A stretch of DNA of 64,000 nt, from IMG/VR virus record IMGVR_UViG_3300016466_000859, positions 1 to 64,000 of that record, one strand, 5' to 3'. The stretch is from a virus. A program made the position numbers and the translations under genes. The notes under the pieces are model-generated. The model had not been told where the DNA came from, searched no databases, and worked only from the letters and a program-made list of their open reading frames with translations. Below are positions 43,680 through 53,529 of the stretch, piece by piece (positions within the stretch are counted from its first letter, which is position 1; every line of letters starts with the position of its first letter).

Positions 43680-45197
43680 ATGCCCTACACAATCACAAAA
43701 ACAGACGGTACAACTATCACCGTTGATGACGGCGATACTAATGATAACAGTACCAGTTTGACTCTAATCGGCAAAAACTTCCCAGGATATGGGGTGTTTT
43801 TGAACCAAAATTTCGTCAGATTGCTGGAAAATTTTAGTAGCCAATCTAGCCCCGACACAGTGACTGGAAGCCCAGCATTGCAAGGACAACTGTGGTGGGA
43901 CAAAAGCAACAAACTACTCAAGGTCTACCAAGGTACCGACTGGAAGGTGATTTCTAGCTCAATGAGCTCGGCCAATCCTCCAGCCACTGATGTACCCGGC
44001 GATCTTTGGTGGGACACCGGCAACAGCCAGCTCAAAGTCTATCCCGGCGGTGTGGGTGCAGAATGGGTTACCATCGGCCCAGCATTTACCACGGCCACAG
44101 GACAAACTGGTGCACTGGCAGAAAATATCGCTGATAACACATCAAATGCCAACAACCTGCATTCCGTGATTAAGTTTTACATCGACAGCGACCTGGTAGC
44201 GATACTGAGCCAAGATGCAGAATTTACTCCTGCATCTTCGTCGGCCGCTCCGGGGTTTTCTGCGATCAAACCCGGATTCAACTTGTCTACCGCTATCGCA
44301 GGTCTCAAGTACAATGGCACCGCCACTTCGGCAGACTCGGTTGGTGGAATAGATCCCACTAACCTGGCCAGAAAAAATACTACCAACATATTCACTTCAC
44401 AACAACAAATTTCCAACACTTCGGGCCTGGTCATTGGCGACAATCAGCTGCAATTAAAAATTGAAACCAACGCACCTGTCATTAGCAGTCTTCAGTCTGG
44501 TGCAAACCTAACATTGAATACCCCAGGCAACAGTGCTCAACTGGTTCTTAGGAGCACTGGATTCGTGGAAGTTTCCGCCAACGTTGCCTCCGGTTCTAGC
44601 ACCACTGTGGCGACCAAAGGTTATGTTGACTCTTTCTTTGATGCCACTGGTGCCAGCGCCAGTCTCCGGAGAGATGGTAGCATAACCGTCAATGGTGTGC
44701 TGCGCCCCGAAACGGCGGCCACTGGGACCATTGACATTGGCACATCAGGAGCGAGATTCCGTACAGTGTTCGCCAACACTTTCTCGGGTCAGGCCAGCAC
44801 GGCACTTTACGCTGACTTGGCTGAAAGATTTGAGTCCGATTCGACCTACGAACCGGGCACCGTGGTAGAGTTGGGCGGAGTGGCCGAAATCACTAAAGTA
44901 GGGGATGAATTAAGCGAAAACGTGTTTGGAGTGATAAGTACTAGAGCAGCATATCTTATGAATGCCGGAGTTGGCACAGACGAAACGCATCCGCCCGTGG
45001 CCATCAGTGGACGAGTACCAGTGCGTGTGGTTGGTACAGTGCGAAAAGGCGATCGTTTGGTTTCAGCCGGCAATGGTCTGGCAAGAGCAGCCACCCGGTC
45101 AGAGATCACTCCTTGGAATGTCATTGGACGTGCGCTAACAAGTAAAAATACACTAGACGAGGGCACAGTAGAAGCCATCGTCAAATTGAATTCGTAA
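43680..45197 (+). CDS. Tail fibre-like protein (paralog 3) with C-terminal intramolecular-chaperone-like domain
   Basis: Same N-terminal module (GKNFPGYG..NQNFVRLLENFS); C-terminus YADLAERF...ISGRVPVRVVGTVRKG; TAAATA at 43648-43653. Confidence 0.7.
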   Translation: MPYTITKTDGTTITVDDGDTNDNSTSLTLIGKNFPGYGVFLNQNFVRLLENFSSQSSPDTVTGSPALQGQLWWDKSNKLLKVYQGTDWKVISSSMSSANPPATDVPGDLWWDTGNSQLKVYPGGVGAEWVTIGPAFTTATGQTGALAENIADNTSNANNLHSVIKFYIDSDLVAILSQDAEFTPASSSAAPGFSAIKPGFNLSTAIAGLKYNGTATSADSVGGIDPTNLARKNTTNIFTSQQQISNTSGLVIGDNQLQLKIETNAPVISSLQSGANLTLNTPGNSAQLVLRSTGFVEVSANVASGSSTTVATKGYVDSFFDATGASASLRRDGSITVNGVLRPETAATGTIDIGTSGARFRTVFANTFSGQASTALYADLAERFESDSTYEPGTVVELGGVAEITKVGDELSENVFGVISTRAAYLMNAGVGTDETHPPVAISGRVPVRVVGTVRKGDRLVSAGNGLARAATRSEITPWNVIGRALTSKNTLDEGTVEAIVKLNS

Positions 45198-45207
45198 GGA
45201 ATAAAAA

Positions 45208-46203
45208 ATGACATATTCGTCCGGTGGACTCATACAAGCACTAGATTACAATACATTTGTACAAGGTGGCGCATCAGTAAATCATTCCGTAGCAAATATC
45301 AACACCATATGGGGAGTAGGTACCGGAGACAAAGGATATGGACAAAGCACGACACTGTCCACGGTCACAGGTGGCAACGATCAAGTCACAGCCACCCAAT
45401 GGTCCACGTTGATCGCTCGTTTGAATTCCATGCTCACACACCAGAGTGGTGGTGGTTCGGGGATCACAGCTCCTACAGCCGGTACAACGATCGCATACCT
45501 TTCAGCTCTAGCAGGCAAAATCACCGACGCCAATACCAATCGTTTGTTGGCCAATGCCAATGGCACAGATGTTACAGGACAAGGATCTTCTACCAGCACC
45601 TGGAATACCAGCACTCCTACCACACACAGCTTTAGCCGTACCATAACTTTTAACTCAGCTGACAAAGCACGATACTTTTTCAATGCCGGTGGCAAGATCA
45701 TCATCAACTTTGCTGTCACTAACACATTGGGCAACAGCAAAGGCGCAGACTGGAAATCGTTCTTTGAGAGCAAAGTGGCTTCGATAGTGATCGGATCCAC
45801 CACCAATGGACGAACTGGCACCGGCGGCGGGTCGACCACATTGGCCACAGCATACGGTTATTGGAACGTGGGAACCAGCAATCGCACCATACTAGCCCTG
45901 ACATCCAACTCAGGCACAGCAGACTACGGTGGCAACACTCTGTCAGTGGGTCTCAAGACAAATGGAGTACAAGGTTCCAACGGCGATGTTGGCACAGCAC
46001 TGACCTTCCAAGTTGATCTCAACGACGTAGCTGCCGATACCAATACAGCACCAACCAACCCCAACCAACCTGGTGGTTCGGCTCCGGTTCAAGGTAACTT
46101 CGCAGACCAAATCAACATCGGAATCACTACCACATTTACTATCCGTCCTCCATCAACTGCCAACCTCACTGACACCTGGGGTTCTTCATACACCTACAGT
46201 TGA
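45208..46203 (+). CDS. Virion structural protein (Thr/Gly/Ser/Asn-rich)
   Basis: Last gene of the tail block before the terminator; beta-rich composition; SD AAGGA. Confidence 0.55.
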   Translation: MTYSSGGLIQALDYNTFVQGGASVNHSVANINTIWGVGTGDKGYGQSTTLSTVTGGNDQVTATQWSTLIARLNSMLTHQSGGGSGITAPTAGTTIAYLSALAGKITDANTNRLLANANGTDVTGQGSSTSTWNTSTPTTHSFSRTITFNSADKARYFFNAGGKIIINFAVTNTLGNSKGADWKSFFESKVASIVIGSTTNGRTGTGGGSTTLATAYGYWNVGTSNRTILALTSNSGTADYGGNTLSVGLKTNGVQGSNGDVGTALTFQVDLNDVAADTNTAPTNPNQPGGSAPVQGNFADQINIGITTTFTIRPPSTANLTDTWGSSYTYS

Positions 46204-46221
46204 TTGATTTAACCAAAAGAT

Positions 46222-46250
46222 CAAAAAAAGCGGCCCGGCCGCTTTTTTTG
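46222..46250 (+). terminator. Intrinsic terminator closing the structural block
   Basis: CAAAAAAAGCGGC-CCG-GCCGCTTTTTTTG. Confidence 0.85.
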
Positions 46251-46262
46251 TGATTGATTTCC

Positions 46263-46271
46263 TGTTATACT
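46263..46271 (+). promoter_or_regulatory. Extended -10 promoter (TGnTATACT) at the head of the modification operon
   Basis: TGT-TATACT ends 6 nt before ATG 46278; no -35 or SD. Confidence 0.5.
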
Positions 46272-46277
46272 AACGAA

Positions 46278-46592
46278 ATGAGCGACACCAATAAACTAGT
46301 AGAAACTGTGAAGCAGGCCACCGATTATCAGATAAATCGGCGCATCCTCAGGGAAAAAATACTGACTGAGTTGCATGTCACCTATAATGGGGGTATGTTT
46401 TTGGTGACTCGGGATCTCATGAGTTTTTTATCCACGTGGCCTGATAATAGATTATTCATTGAAGATATCTATGAAACTCCCATTGAAGTGGACCGAAATG
46501 AATTATTATCGCAATGCCAACAGCGATATCAGGCTGTAATGAATTCGTGGCACCAACAACATGCCGAATTACGAAAAATTAGGAAACTCTAG
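46278..46592 (+). CDS. Hypothetical protein (first gene of the modification operon)
   Basis: ATG at 46278; 104 aa; overlaps the next gene. Confidence 0.7.
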   Translation: MSDTNKLVETVKQATDYQINRRILREKILTELHVTYNGGMFLVTRDLMSFLSTWPDNRLFIEDIYETPIEVDRNELLSQCQQRYQAVMNSWHQQHAELRKIRKL

Positions 46593-47343
46593 AGGCGCGG
46601 TAATATTCGCCAACAACACCGATACAGTAGATTATCTTTCTATAGCTGAAACGAATGCCAGACTGATAGATCGACATCTAGGAATACCTACGACCATATT
46701 GACCACAGACACACATACTGGAGTCAACAGACGGTACGATGTCACTAATCAACGTGTGATCGAATGGAAAAATTTTGGAAGATCTCAGGCTCTAGACCTC
46801 AGTCCCTACGACGAGACACTGTTAATCGATGCTGATTATCTTGTATTAGATGATTCATTTGCCAAGGTCTTCGATACGCTCGGTGACTATGTGATACCCA
46901 ACAAGAATATCTATGTCACAGATCCTGATGCATGCGAAACCATGGGCGAATACAGCCTACCTTTTGTCTGGGCCACAGCGATATTTTTTAGGAAAACCTG
47001 TCGTGCTCGGGCACTGTTTGATATTGTTAAAATGATAGAAAAAAATTATTCCTATTATCGAACACTCTACAACATCAAGGACGGCAACTATCGCAACGAT
47101 TATGCGTTTGCCATAGCTCATTACGTGACCAATGGCTACGCTATATCTCGACGAGAATTCCTACCTTGGCCAATAATGACGATCCCCGGGGTGCTTGACA
47201 GCATTGATCTCGTCGACGGTAATCTTGTGATACGAACACCAACTCGTGCATATTTGTCTCCAAAACAAAGCATACACATACTCAGTAAAACCTATCTTCA
47301 GTCTACGAGATTTTTAAATTTCACGGAGCAAGCCCTTGCGTAA
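46561..47343 (+). CDS. GT-A fold glycosyltransferase-like protein
   Basis: GAVIFA...DYL.IA, LSPYDETLLIDADYL (DxD), WATAIFF, YRNDYAF. Confidence 0.65.
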   Translation: MPNYEKLGNSRGAVIFANNTDTVDYLSIAETNARLIDRHLGIPTTILTTDTHTGVNRRYDVTNQRVIEWKNFGRSQALDLSPYDETLLIDADYLVLDDSFAKVFDTLGDYVIPNKNIYVTDPDACETMGEYSLPFVWATAIFFRKTCRARALFDIVKMIEKNYSYYRTLYNIKDGNYRNDYAFAIAHYVTNGYAISRREFLPWPIMTIPGVLDSIDLVDGNLVIRTPTRAYLSPKQSIHILSKTYLQSTRFLNFTEQALA

Positions 47344-48202
47344 AAATCCACATCAAGCACAGCAAGGGTTTCTGACAATAGCTCAGAATTCTCCCACTGT
47401 GGACTATCTACGGTTGGCATATCTACAAGCACTAAATATCAAGTACACTCAAAAAAACAATCTTTACGCAGTCATAGTAGATTCAGACACTCACAAGTTG
47501 ATCACAGATCAACATCGTCGAGTATTTGATTTTGTGATTGAATTAGAAGAAGATCAAGCACAACACCAAGATTGGAAACTCAGCAACGAATGGCAGGCTT
47601 TCTGGCTCACTCCTTTCAAAGAGACCATCAAACTAGAGTCTGATTTATTGTTTACTCGCAGCATCGATCATTGGTGGTATGCTCTGCAGCAGAAAGATCT
47701 GGTGTTGAGTCATGGTTGTAAAAATTATTTGCAGGAACCTTCGTTGGCCCGTAAGTATCGTCTTACATTTGATGAAACAGATCTTCCTGACGTCTATAAT
47801 GGTCTCATGTATTTTCGTTTTTCAAAAACTGCCAGTGACTTTTTTCGTCTAGCTAAAAATATTTTTTCGGACTGGACGTCGGTGAGGGATCAATGTTTGA
47901 CGAATTGCAGAGACGAGAATCCAACCACAGATGTTGTTTATGCTTTGGCAGCAGAAATCGTTGGAAGAGAGAATTGCACGATACCCAGCATGGATTTTGT
48001 AAACTTTGTACACATGAAACCGGGCATACAGAATTGGTCAGATTCGCAGAGCTGGCAAGACTATGTGATATCGGAATTTGATTCAGGAATGATACGAGTA
48101 AACAATATCAACCAATATCATCCATTCCACTACCAGGATAAAAGTTTTGCCACGCAAGAAATAATCGAGTACTATGAGCAACGAATTGCCGGCCCTGCTT
48201 GA
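47336..48202 (+). CDS. GT-A fold glycosyltransferase-like protein (paralog)
   Basis: GFLTIAQN...DYLRLA, LTPFKETIKLESDLLF, YNGLMYF, TDVVYALA, FVHMK; TTG start with GGAG. Confidence 0.6.
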   Translation: MRKNPHQAQQGFLTIAQNSPTVDYLRLAYLQALNIKYTQKNNLYAVIVDSDTHKLITDQHRRVFDFVIELEEDQAQHQDWKLSNEWQAFWLTPFKETIKLESDLLFTRSIDHWWYALQQKDLVLSHGCKNYLQEPSLARKYRLTFDETDLPDVYNGLMYFRFSKTASDFFRLAKNIFSDWTSVRDQCLTNCRDENPTTDVVYALAAEIVGRENCTIPSMDFVNFVHMKPGIQNWSDSQSWQDYVISEFDSGMIRVNNINQYHPFHYQDKSFATQEIIEYYEQRIAGPA

Positions 48203-48533
48203 GGCTTTTGGAAATCTTCCATCGGTAGAATCGGCCTCACCCGAGTACCGATTATACTACAACGACGACGGAACTCCGTTGTCAATGAGTTCTGGTGACT
48301 TTCCTGACAGCGGCAAGTACATACAGATTCCTAAGGAAATCTACGATCGGCCCAATTATGCCGCTATGCGAGTAGTCAATGAGAAACTAATTTTTATTGA
48401 GAATGTACTGTACCATCAGCAGAGTCTACAAAAAGGCGGAGATCGTTTTCGCACAGTCAAAGGGCACGCCAATATTTTAGTTGACGAAACATATCAAGGA
48501 GAAACAGAAACATATGGCTTCAAGAATCATTGA
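48174..48533 (+). CDS. Hypothetical protein
   Basis: 119-aa ORF overlapping both neighbours; EYRLYYNDDG motif. Confidence 0.65.
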   Translation: MSNELPALLEAFGNLPSVESASPEYRLYYNDDGTPLSMSSGDFPDSGKYIQIPKEIYDRPNYAAMRVVNEKLIFIENVLYHQQSLQKGGDRFRTVKGHANILVDETYQGETETYGFKNH

Positions 48534-49446
48534 TGTCGCCGACATAGATTGCATCTATCTCAGCTACGACGAGCCACAGAAAGAAGCGTTCTGGATCAAG
48601 ATACAGAACATGGTGCCTTGGGCCCGGCGTGTGGACGGAGTCAAAGGATCGGACGCCGCGCATAAAGCCGCGGCTGCCAAGTCAGACACAGACTTTTTCG
48701 TGCTGATCGACGGCGACAACTTGCCCGATGCCGACTTCTTTAACTTGCAGTTGGCCATCGGCGATGGCGAGGAAGATGCTGCCTTCCGTTGGAAAGCCCG
48801 CAATCACATCAATGGTCTCATGTACGGCAACGGTGGCATGAGCGTGTGGAGCAAACGGTTTGTCGAGGACATGCGCACACACGAAGCGTCAGATGGCACA
48901 GATCGCACAGCAGTGGAGTTCTGTTTCGAACCCAAATACTTTGCCATGCACAACTGCCACTCTACCACTTATCCCAATGGCAGTCCTTACCAGGCCTGGC
49001 GTGCCGGCTTCCGCGAGGGCGTCAAGATGTGTTTGGACAAAGGACGCCGGCCATCCATGCAAGAGTTTGACGACTCGGTGCAACGACGCAACTTCGATCA
49101 TCTCTGTATCTGGCAGAGCGTGGGCCGCGATGTAGAAAACGGCATCTGGGCCATCGCCGGTGCAAGGCTAGGTACTACTATGACCATGATACACGAATGG
49201 GATCATAGGAAGGTACAGGACTTTGACGAACTCAAGTCAATTTGGGAAGATTGTGTCAAAGATCTCGATCCCGAAGAATTGGCCGCCAAGGAAGGTCAAC
49301 TGTTACGCAGCCGTTTAGGCATGCCCATCGCGGAACTGGATGCAGAACAGAGCAGATTCTTCAAGCATCACTATTCCACAGGACACCGCAACTTGGACAT
49401 GATGACCAAAGAAATCGATGTTATCCGTAGGATCGAGGGTTGGTAA
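48514..49446 (+). CDS. Glycosyltransferase-like protein
   Basis: IYLSYDEP, RVDGVKGSDAAHKAAA, VLIDGDN (DxD), NGLMYGNGG; ATG at 48514 with AAGGAG. Confidence 0.6.
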   Translation: MASRIIDVADIDCIYLSYDEPQKEAFWIKIQNMVPWARRVDGVKGSDAAHKAAAAKSDTDFFVLIDGDNLPDADFFNLQLAIGDGEEDAAFRWKARNHINGLMYGNGGMSVWSKRFVEDMRTHEASDGTDRTAVEFCFEPKYFAMHNCHSTTYPNGSPYQAWRAGFREGVKMCLDKGRRPSMQEFDDSVQRRNFDHLCIWQSVGRDVENGIWAIAGARLGTTMTMIHEWDHRKVQDFDELKSIWEDCVKDLDPEELAAKEGQLLRSRLGMPIAELDAEQSRFFKHHYSTGHRNLDMMTKEIDVIRRIEGW

Positions 49447-49685
49447 TGGCACAGGGTTCTCTCTGGAAGATAGTCAAGATCCTTCCCACAGACTACAAGG
49501 ATTATGGTGGCGAAATAGAACGTTGGGCAGACAGCAAAGAAGACTATCCTGACTGCTCATCGGGTTGTAGACATTGGTGGGCTTTAGATGCAGATTGGGG
49601 AGTATGCCGAAATCCTCGCAGTGCCAGGGCCGGGCTGCTGACCTGGGAACACCAGGCTGGATATGATTGCTGGGAACATGATTAA
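49446..49685 (+). CDS. Small Cys/Trp-rich protein
   Basis: TAATG overlap; DCSSGC...DWGVCRNPRS.RAGLLTWEHQAG.DC. Confidence 0.65.
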   Translation: MAQGSLWKIVKILPTDYKDYGGEIERWADSKEDYPDCSSGCRHWWALDADWGVCRNPRSARAGLLTWEHQAGYDCWEHD

Positions 49686-49696
49686 AATTCATCGAA

Positions 49697-51112
49697 ATGG
49701 GAATAATGAATAAAGGTGATGAAGCGGTAGGTACAAAGAGCAAGTTTATGGCTTCAGCCGAGTGGATGCGAGAAAACCTCGGCGAAGGATTCTGCTTGGC
49801 CAAATGGAAACAAGTGAGTCTACACTTGCCCACCGGACTCAACAACTCCTGTTATCATCCTCCGTTGCATCACATTGATCCAGCACCACTCAAAGACAAT
49901 CCTGGCGCCCTGCACAACACCGAGCACAAAAAACAACAACGTGTGATCATGTTGCGAAACGAGCGACCCAGTGAGTGTCAATACTGCTGGAACATCGAAG
50001 ACACCGGCAATCTCAGTGATCGACATTATCGATCCGGAGAACCCTGGGCTGCCGATGACTATGAAGCTATCCGTGCCAGCACTGGCGCCGAAGACTGGAT
50101 TCCCAGTTATGTGGAAGTCAATTTCAACCATGCCTGCAACCTGGCCTGCTCTTACTGTAGTCCGCAGTTCTCCTCGTCTTGGCAAGCGGAAGTAGATAAA
50201 TGGGGAGCTTGGCCTACATCTACTCCGCACAATGCGCCCGAGCACTTCCAAGGACGCAATCGTCCTATCCCACACAGCCAAGAGAATCCCTATGTGGATG
50301 CGTTCTGGGAATGGTGGCCGCAACTGTATCCCCGACTTAAACATTTCCGCATGACCGGCGGTGAGCCACTCATGGATCGCAACACATACCGAGTTTTCGA
50401 TTACGTGTTGGCCCTGCCCAATCCCGAACTACACCTCAATGTCACGTCTAACTTTTCCGTAGAACTCAAATTGTTTGAGAAATATCTTGACTATGTGAAA
50501 CGCTTGTGCGGCACACAGATCGAACACTTCATGCAGTATGTGAGCCTCGACACCGGCGAGCCCCAGCATGCCGAATACATCAGGCACGGACTCAACTTCC
50601 GTCGCATGTGGGATTATGTGCATCGTTACTTGGATGAGATCCCTTATCGCAACAGCCTCACATTCATCATTACCATGAACAATCTGTCAGTGCTGGGCAT
50701 ACAACGGCAGTTGGAATGGATATTGGATCTGCGCCGTATGTATAGCAAGACCTATCAGCGTGTGTGGTTTGACACACCCTTGTTGCGGCAGCCTCGGTGG
50801 CAGAGCCTACAGATACTGCCCCCGGTCTATGCCGATCGTCTCGAGCGTGTGGCAGACTGGATGGAACTCAACATGGAAAGGCCCGAGGATCCCTTCCATG
50901 GCTTCAAAGACTACGAAGTGCAAAGGATGCGTCGCGACATCGCTTGGATGCGCGAAGGACAGAAACTGGATCACGATTACATCGTAGCACAGCGAGCCGA
51001 CTTCTATCGTTTCTTCAACGAACACGACAAGCGCCGCAGCACTGATTTTGAGCGCACCTTCCCTGAGATGCGTGAATTCTGGCAGGAGTGTAGATACCAT
51101 GCCCAACGATAA
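49697..51112 (+). CDS. Radical SAM protein, N-terminal Twitch-like domain
   Basis: FCLAKW...SCYHP...CQYCW; CNLACSYC; TGGEPLM. Confidence 0.92.
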   Translation: MGIMNKGDEAVGTKSKFMASAEWMRENLGEGFCLAKWKQVSLHLPTGLNNSCYHPPLHHIDPAPLKDNPGALHNTEHKKQQRVIMLRNERPSECQYCWNIEDTGNLSDRHYRSGEPWAADDYEAIRASTGAEDWIPSYVEVNFNHACNLACSYCSPQFSSSWQAEVDKWGAWPTSTPHNAPEHFQGRNRPIPHSQENPYVDAFWEWWPQLYPRLKHFRMTGGEPLMDRNTYRVFDYVLALPNPELHLNVTSNFSVELKLFEKYLDYVKRLCGTQIEHFMQYVSLDTGEPQHAEYIRHGLNFRRMWDYVHRYLDEIPYRNSLTFIITMNNLSVLGIQRQLEWILDLRRMYSKTYQRVWFDTPLLRQPRWQSLQILPPVYADRLERVADWMELNMERPEDPFHGFKDYEVQRMRRDIAWMREGQKLDHDYIVAQRADFYRFFNEHDKRRSTDFERTFPEMREFWQECRYHAQR

Positions 51113-52184
51113 ATTCTGTGTAAGACCTTTCATGCACAGTCTCGTTGACACTGCCGGCAGGTTCCGAGTATGTTGCCGTATTGATTCAAAATCCGGATAT
51201 AACATCAATAAACACACAGTCAAGGAATGGTGGAACAGCGACTATCTCAATGACATACGTGATCGCATGCGCCAAGGCAAAGATTTACCCGAGTGCTGGA
51301 GATGCCACAAACAAGAAGAATACGGTGCCACAAGTTTTCGAGAAACCAGCAATCAAGAATGGCCCGATATCGGCGATGTAGTAGATTTCCCCATTGATTG
51401 GGAGATACAAATCACCAATCTTTGTAATTTAAAATGCATGATGTGTAATCCTTGGTCCAGCAGCCAAGTCCTAGTTGAGGAAAACAAAATATTCGAAGTC
51501 AACTGGGACCAAAAAAATTATGATTGGGATGAATCATCGGCAGATAAAATCAAAGCTATATTTGAGTCAGGGAACAGCTTCGTGATACGCGGAGGGGAAC
51601 CCTTTATGGTTCCGTGGCTCAAAAAACTGGTGAGAGAAATTTCCAGTAGAAAAAGTTTTTTGATCAATACAAATGCCACTCGATTTGATAGAGAATGGTT
51701 TGATATTTTATCGGGGCATGATATAAGAATGAGTGTCAGCATAGATGCGGTCGGAGATCTAAATCACTATATTCGCTATCCCAGCAAATGGCAAGATATA
51801 TTGGATAATTTAGATGTGATGAGAAAGTTACCTGGAGCCAATGTGTTCTTGAACACCTGTGTCCAAAATTTAAATGTGCTACATTTAGATAAACTGATAA
51901 ACTGGGCATTCTCGCAAGGTTTATTTGTAAATCTCGATGTATTAACTAGTCCAAAACACTTTCAGCCTTCGTGTTTGCCCGTAGAATTAGCAGAGTCGGC
52001 CAAGAATAGACTGTTATCTGTTGACGATTCGAACTCTCGCGGGCTTAACGGAATAGTTAACCTTTTGTCTAGTCCAGATACTTCACATTGGGATGAATTT
52101 GTCAAGCATGTTCAGATTAGAGATAGACATCGTGGTGTAAATGTAGTAAACTATGTACCCGAGATGGAGCCATATTTTGCCTAG
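51099..52184 (+). CDS. Radical SAM protein, N-terminal Twitch-like domain
   Basis: FCVRPF...VCC...CWRC; CNLKCMMC; RGGEPF; INTNAT; ATG at 51099 with AGGAG. Confidence 0.92.
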   Translation: MPNDKFCVRPFMHSLVDTAGRFRVCCRIDSKSGYNINKHTVKEWWNSDYLNDIRDRMRQGKDLPECWRCHKQEEYGATSFRETSNQEWPDIGDVVDFPIDWEIQITNLCNLKCMMCNPWSSSQVLVEENKIFEVNWDQKNYDWDESSADKIKAIFESGNSFVIRGGEPFMVPWLKKLVREISSRKSFLINTNATRFDREWFDILSGHDIRMSVSIDAVGDLNHYIRYPSKWQDILDNLDVMRKLPGANVFLNTCVQNLNVLHLDKLINWAFSQGLFVNLDVLTSPKHFQPSCLPVELAESAKNRLLSVDDSNSRGLNGIVNLLSSPDTSHWDEFVKHVQIRDRHRGVNVVNYVPEMEPYFA

Positions 52185-53529
52185 ATCACCCAACGAAACA
52201 GATTTAGAATTCCGCAAGCGAGTACTTGATTCTAAGAGCGCCAGCTTCTGCGGAGCCAAGTGGTACAACGCTACCATATGGTTGGGCTCAGGCATGACCA
52301 CGAGCTGCCATCACCCTCCGGCACATTTTGTTCCTGTGGAAGCCATACAGCGTAATCCCAAGGCCTTGCACAACAGTGACGAAAAGAAAAACGATCGGGC
52401 GATGATGCAACGGGGAGAACGTCCACCCGGCTGTGAATACTGCTGGAAGATCGAAGACATGGGTCGCGATGCTGTTTCAGATCGTGTCTATAAAAGCGTA
52501 ATCTACACCGACGAGGAACTCAATGAAGCATATCTACTACCCACCGCTGCGGACGCAAATCTACGCACTCTCGAAATCAGTTTCGACCGCACTTGCCAAT
52601 TGGCTTGTAGCTACTGTAATCCTGCTTTCTCTAGTACATGGGTTAAGGACATTCGAACCCGAGGGCCTTATATCGACCTCGTTAGTGATGGTAGGAATCA
52701 CTTCACTCATGATCACGCTAGTGCTCAGCTTTATCGATATGGTGAAGTCAATCCGTATATTGAGGCATTTTTCCGCTGGTGGGAAACCGACCTACATAAG
52801 ACGCTTAGAGAGCTACGAATCACCGGTGGCGAACCACTCATGTCCGGCTACACCTGGCAGCTCATTGACTGGTTCAAACAGAACCGTGGAAAGAGCTCCA
52901 CACGGCTAGCCATCAATTCAAACTTGGCCATGGATTCGGAAAAGATCCAAGAACTCCTAGACGCTTGTGGAGGCATTGAGTTGGATATCTATACTTCCAA
53001 CGAGGCCCTACATTCGCAGGCCGAATACATCAGAGACGGACTCCAATGGGATCAATGGCAGACCAACATGCGTTTGTTGGCCTCCAGTGGTAGGCTGCGT
53101 GGCTTACACAACATGTGTACTATAAATGCCCTGTGCTTGGAAAGCCTGCCCGAGTTCCTGGACTTCCTGATAGAGATGAAACAGGAGTTTGGCAGAGACT
53201 TTCCCAATTTTACGTTAAATATCTTGCGTTTTCCGTCGTTCCAAAGCCCCTTGGTGTTGCCCGACGATATCCGTGAGCATCACAAAGGGAGACTGGTTGA
53301 GTGGATGGTCCGACACAAAGGCTACAACTATCTACATCAGCATGAAATCAATCATGTACTAAGATTGATCGATTATCTAGATGTAGTCAAAACTCCGCAC
53401 CGTGAGACTTTTGAGCGCCCGGCCTTGCACAACGACTTCCGCAAGTTCTACGAGCAATACGATCAGCGTAGGGGTAAAAATTTCTCTGAGACATTTCCCG
53501 GTCTAGCCGATTGGTATACAAAACTATGA
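52177..53529 (+). CDS. Radical SAM protein, N-terminal Twitch-like domain
   Basis: FCGAKW...SCHHP...CEYCW; CQLACSYC; TGGEPLM; probable TTG start at 52177 after GGAG. Confidence 0.92.
   Translation: MPRSPNETDLEFRKRVLDSKSASFCGAKWYNATIWLGSGMTTSCHHPPAHFVPVEAIQRNPKALHNSDEKKNDRAMMQRGERPPGCEYCWKIEDMGRDAVSDRVYKSVIYTDEELNEAYLLPTAADANLRTLEISFDRTCQLACSYCNPAFSSTWVKDIRTRGPYIDLVSDGRNHFTHDHASAQLYRYGEVNPYIEAFFRWWETDLHKTLRELRITGGEPLMSGYTWQLIDWFKQNRGKSSTRLAINSNLAMDSEKIQELLDACGGIELDIYTSNEALHSQAEYIRDGLQWDQWQTNMRLLASSGRLRGLHNMCTINALCLESLPEFLDFLIEMKQEFGRDFPNFTLNILRFPSFQSPLVLPDDIREHHKGRLVEWMVRHKGYNYLHQHEINHVLRLIDYLDVVKTPHRETFERPALHNDFRKFYEQYDQRRGKNFSETFPGLADWYTKL

Noticed and set aside
40551-45040. DGR template/variable repeat pair in the fibre genes
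   Set aside because: Only 44 bp with a single G/A difference, and no reverse transcriptase in the window.
46201-46260. 10-bp direct repeat TGATTGATTT flanking the terminator (target-site-duplication-like)
   Set aside because: Low complexity, 40-bp insert, and no mobile element features.
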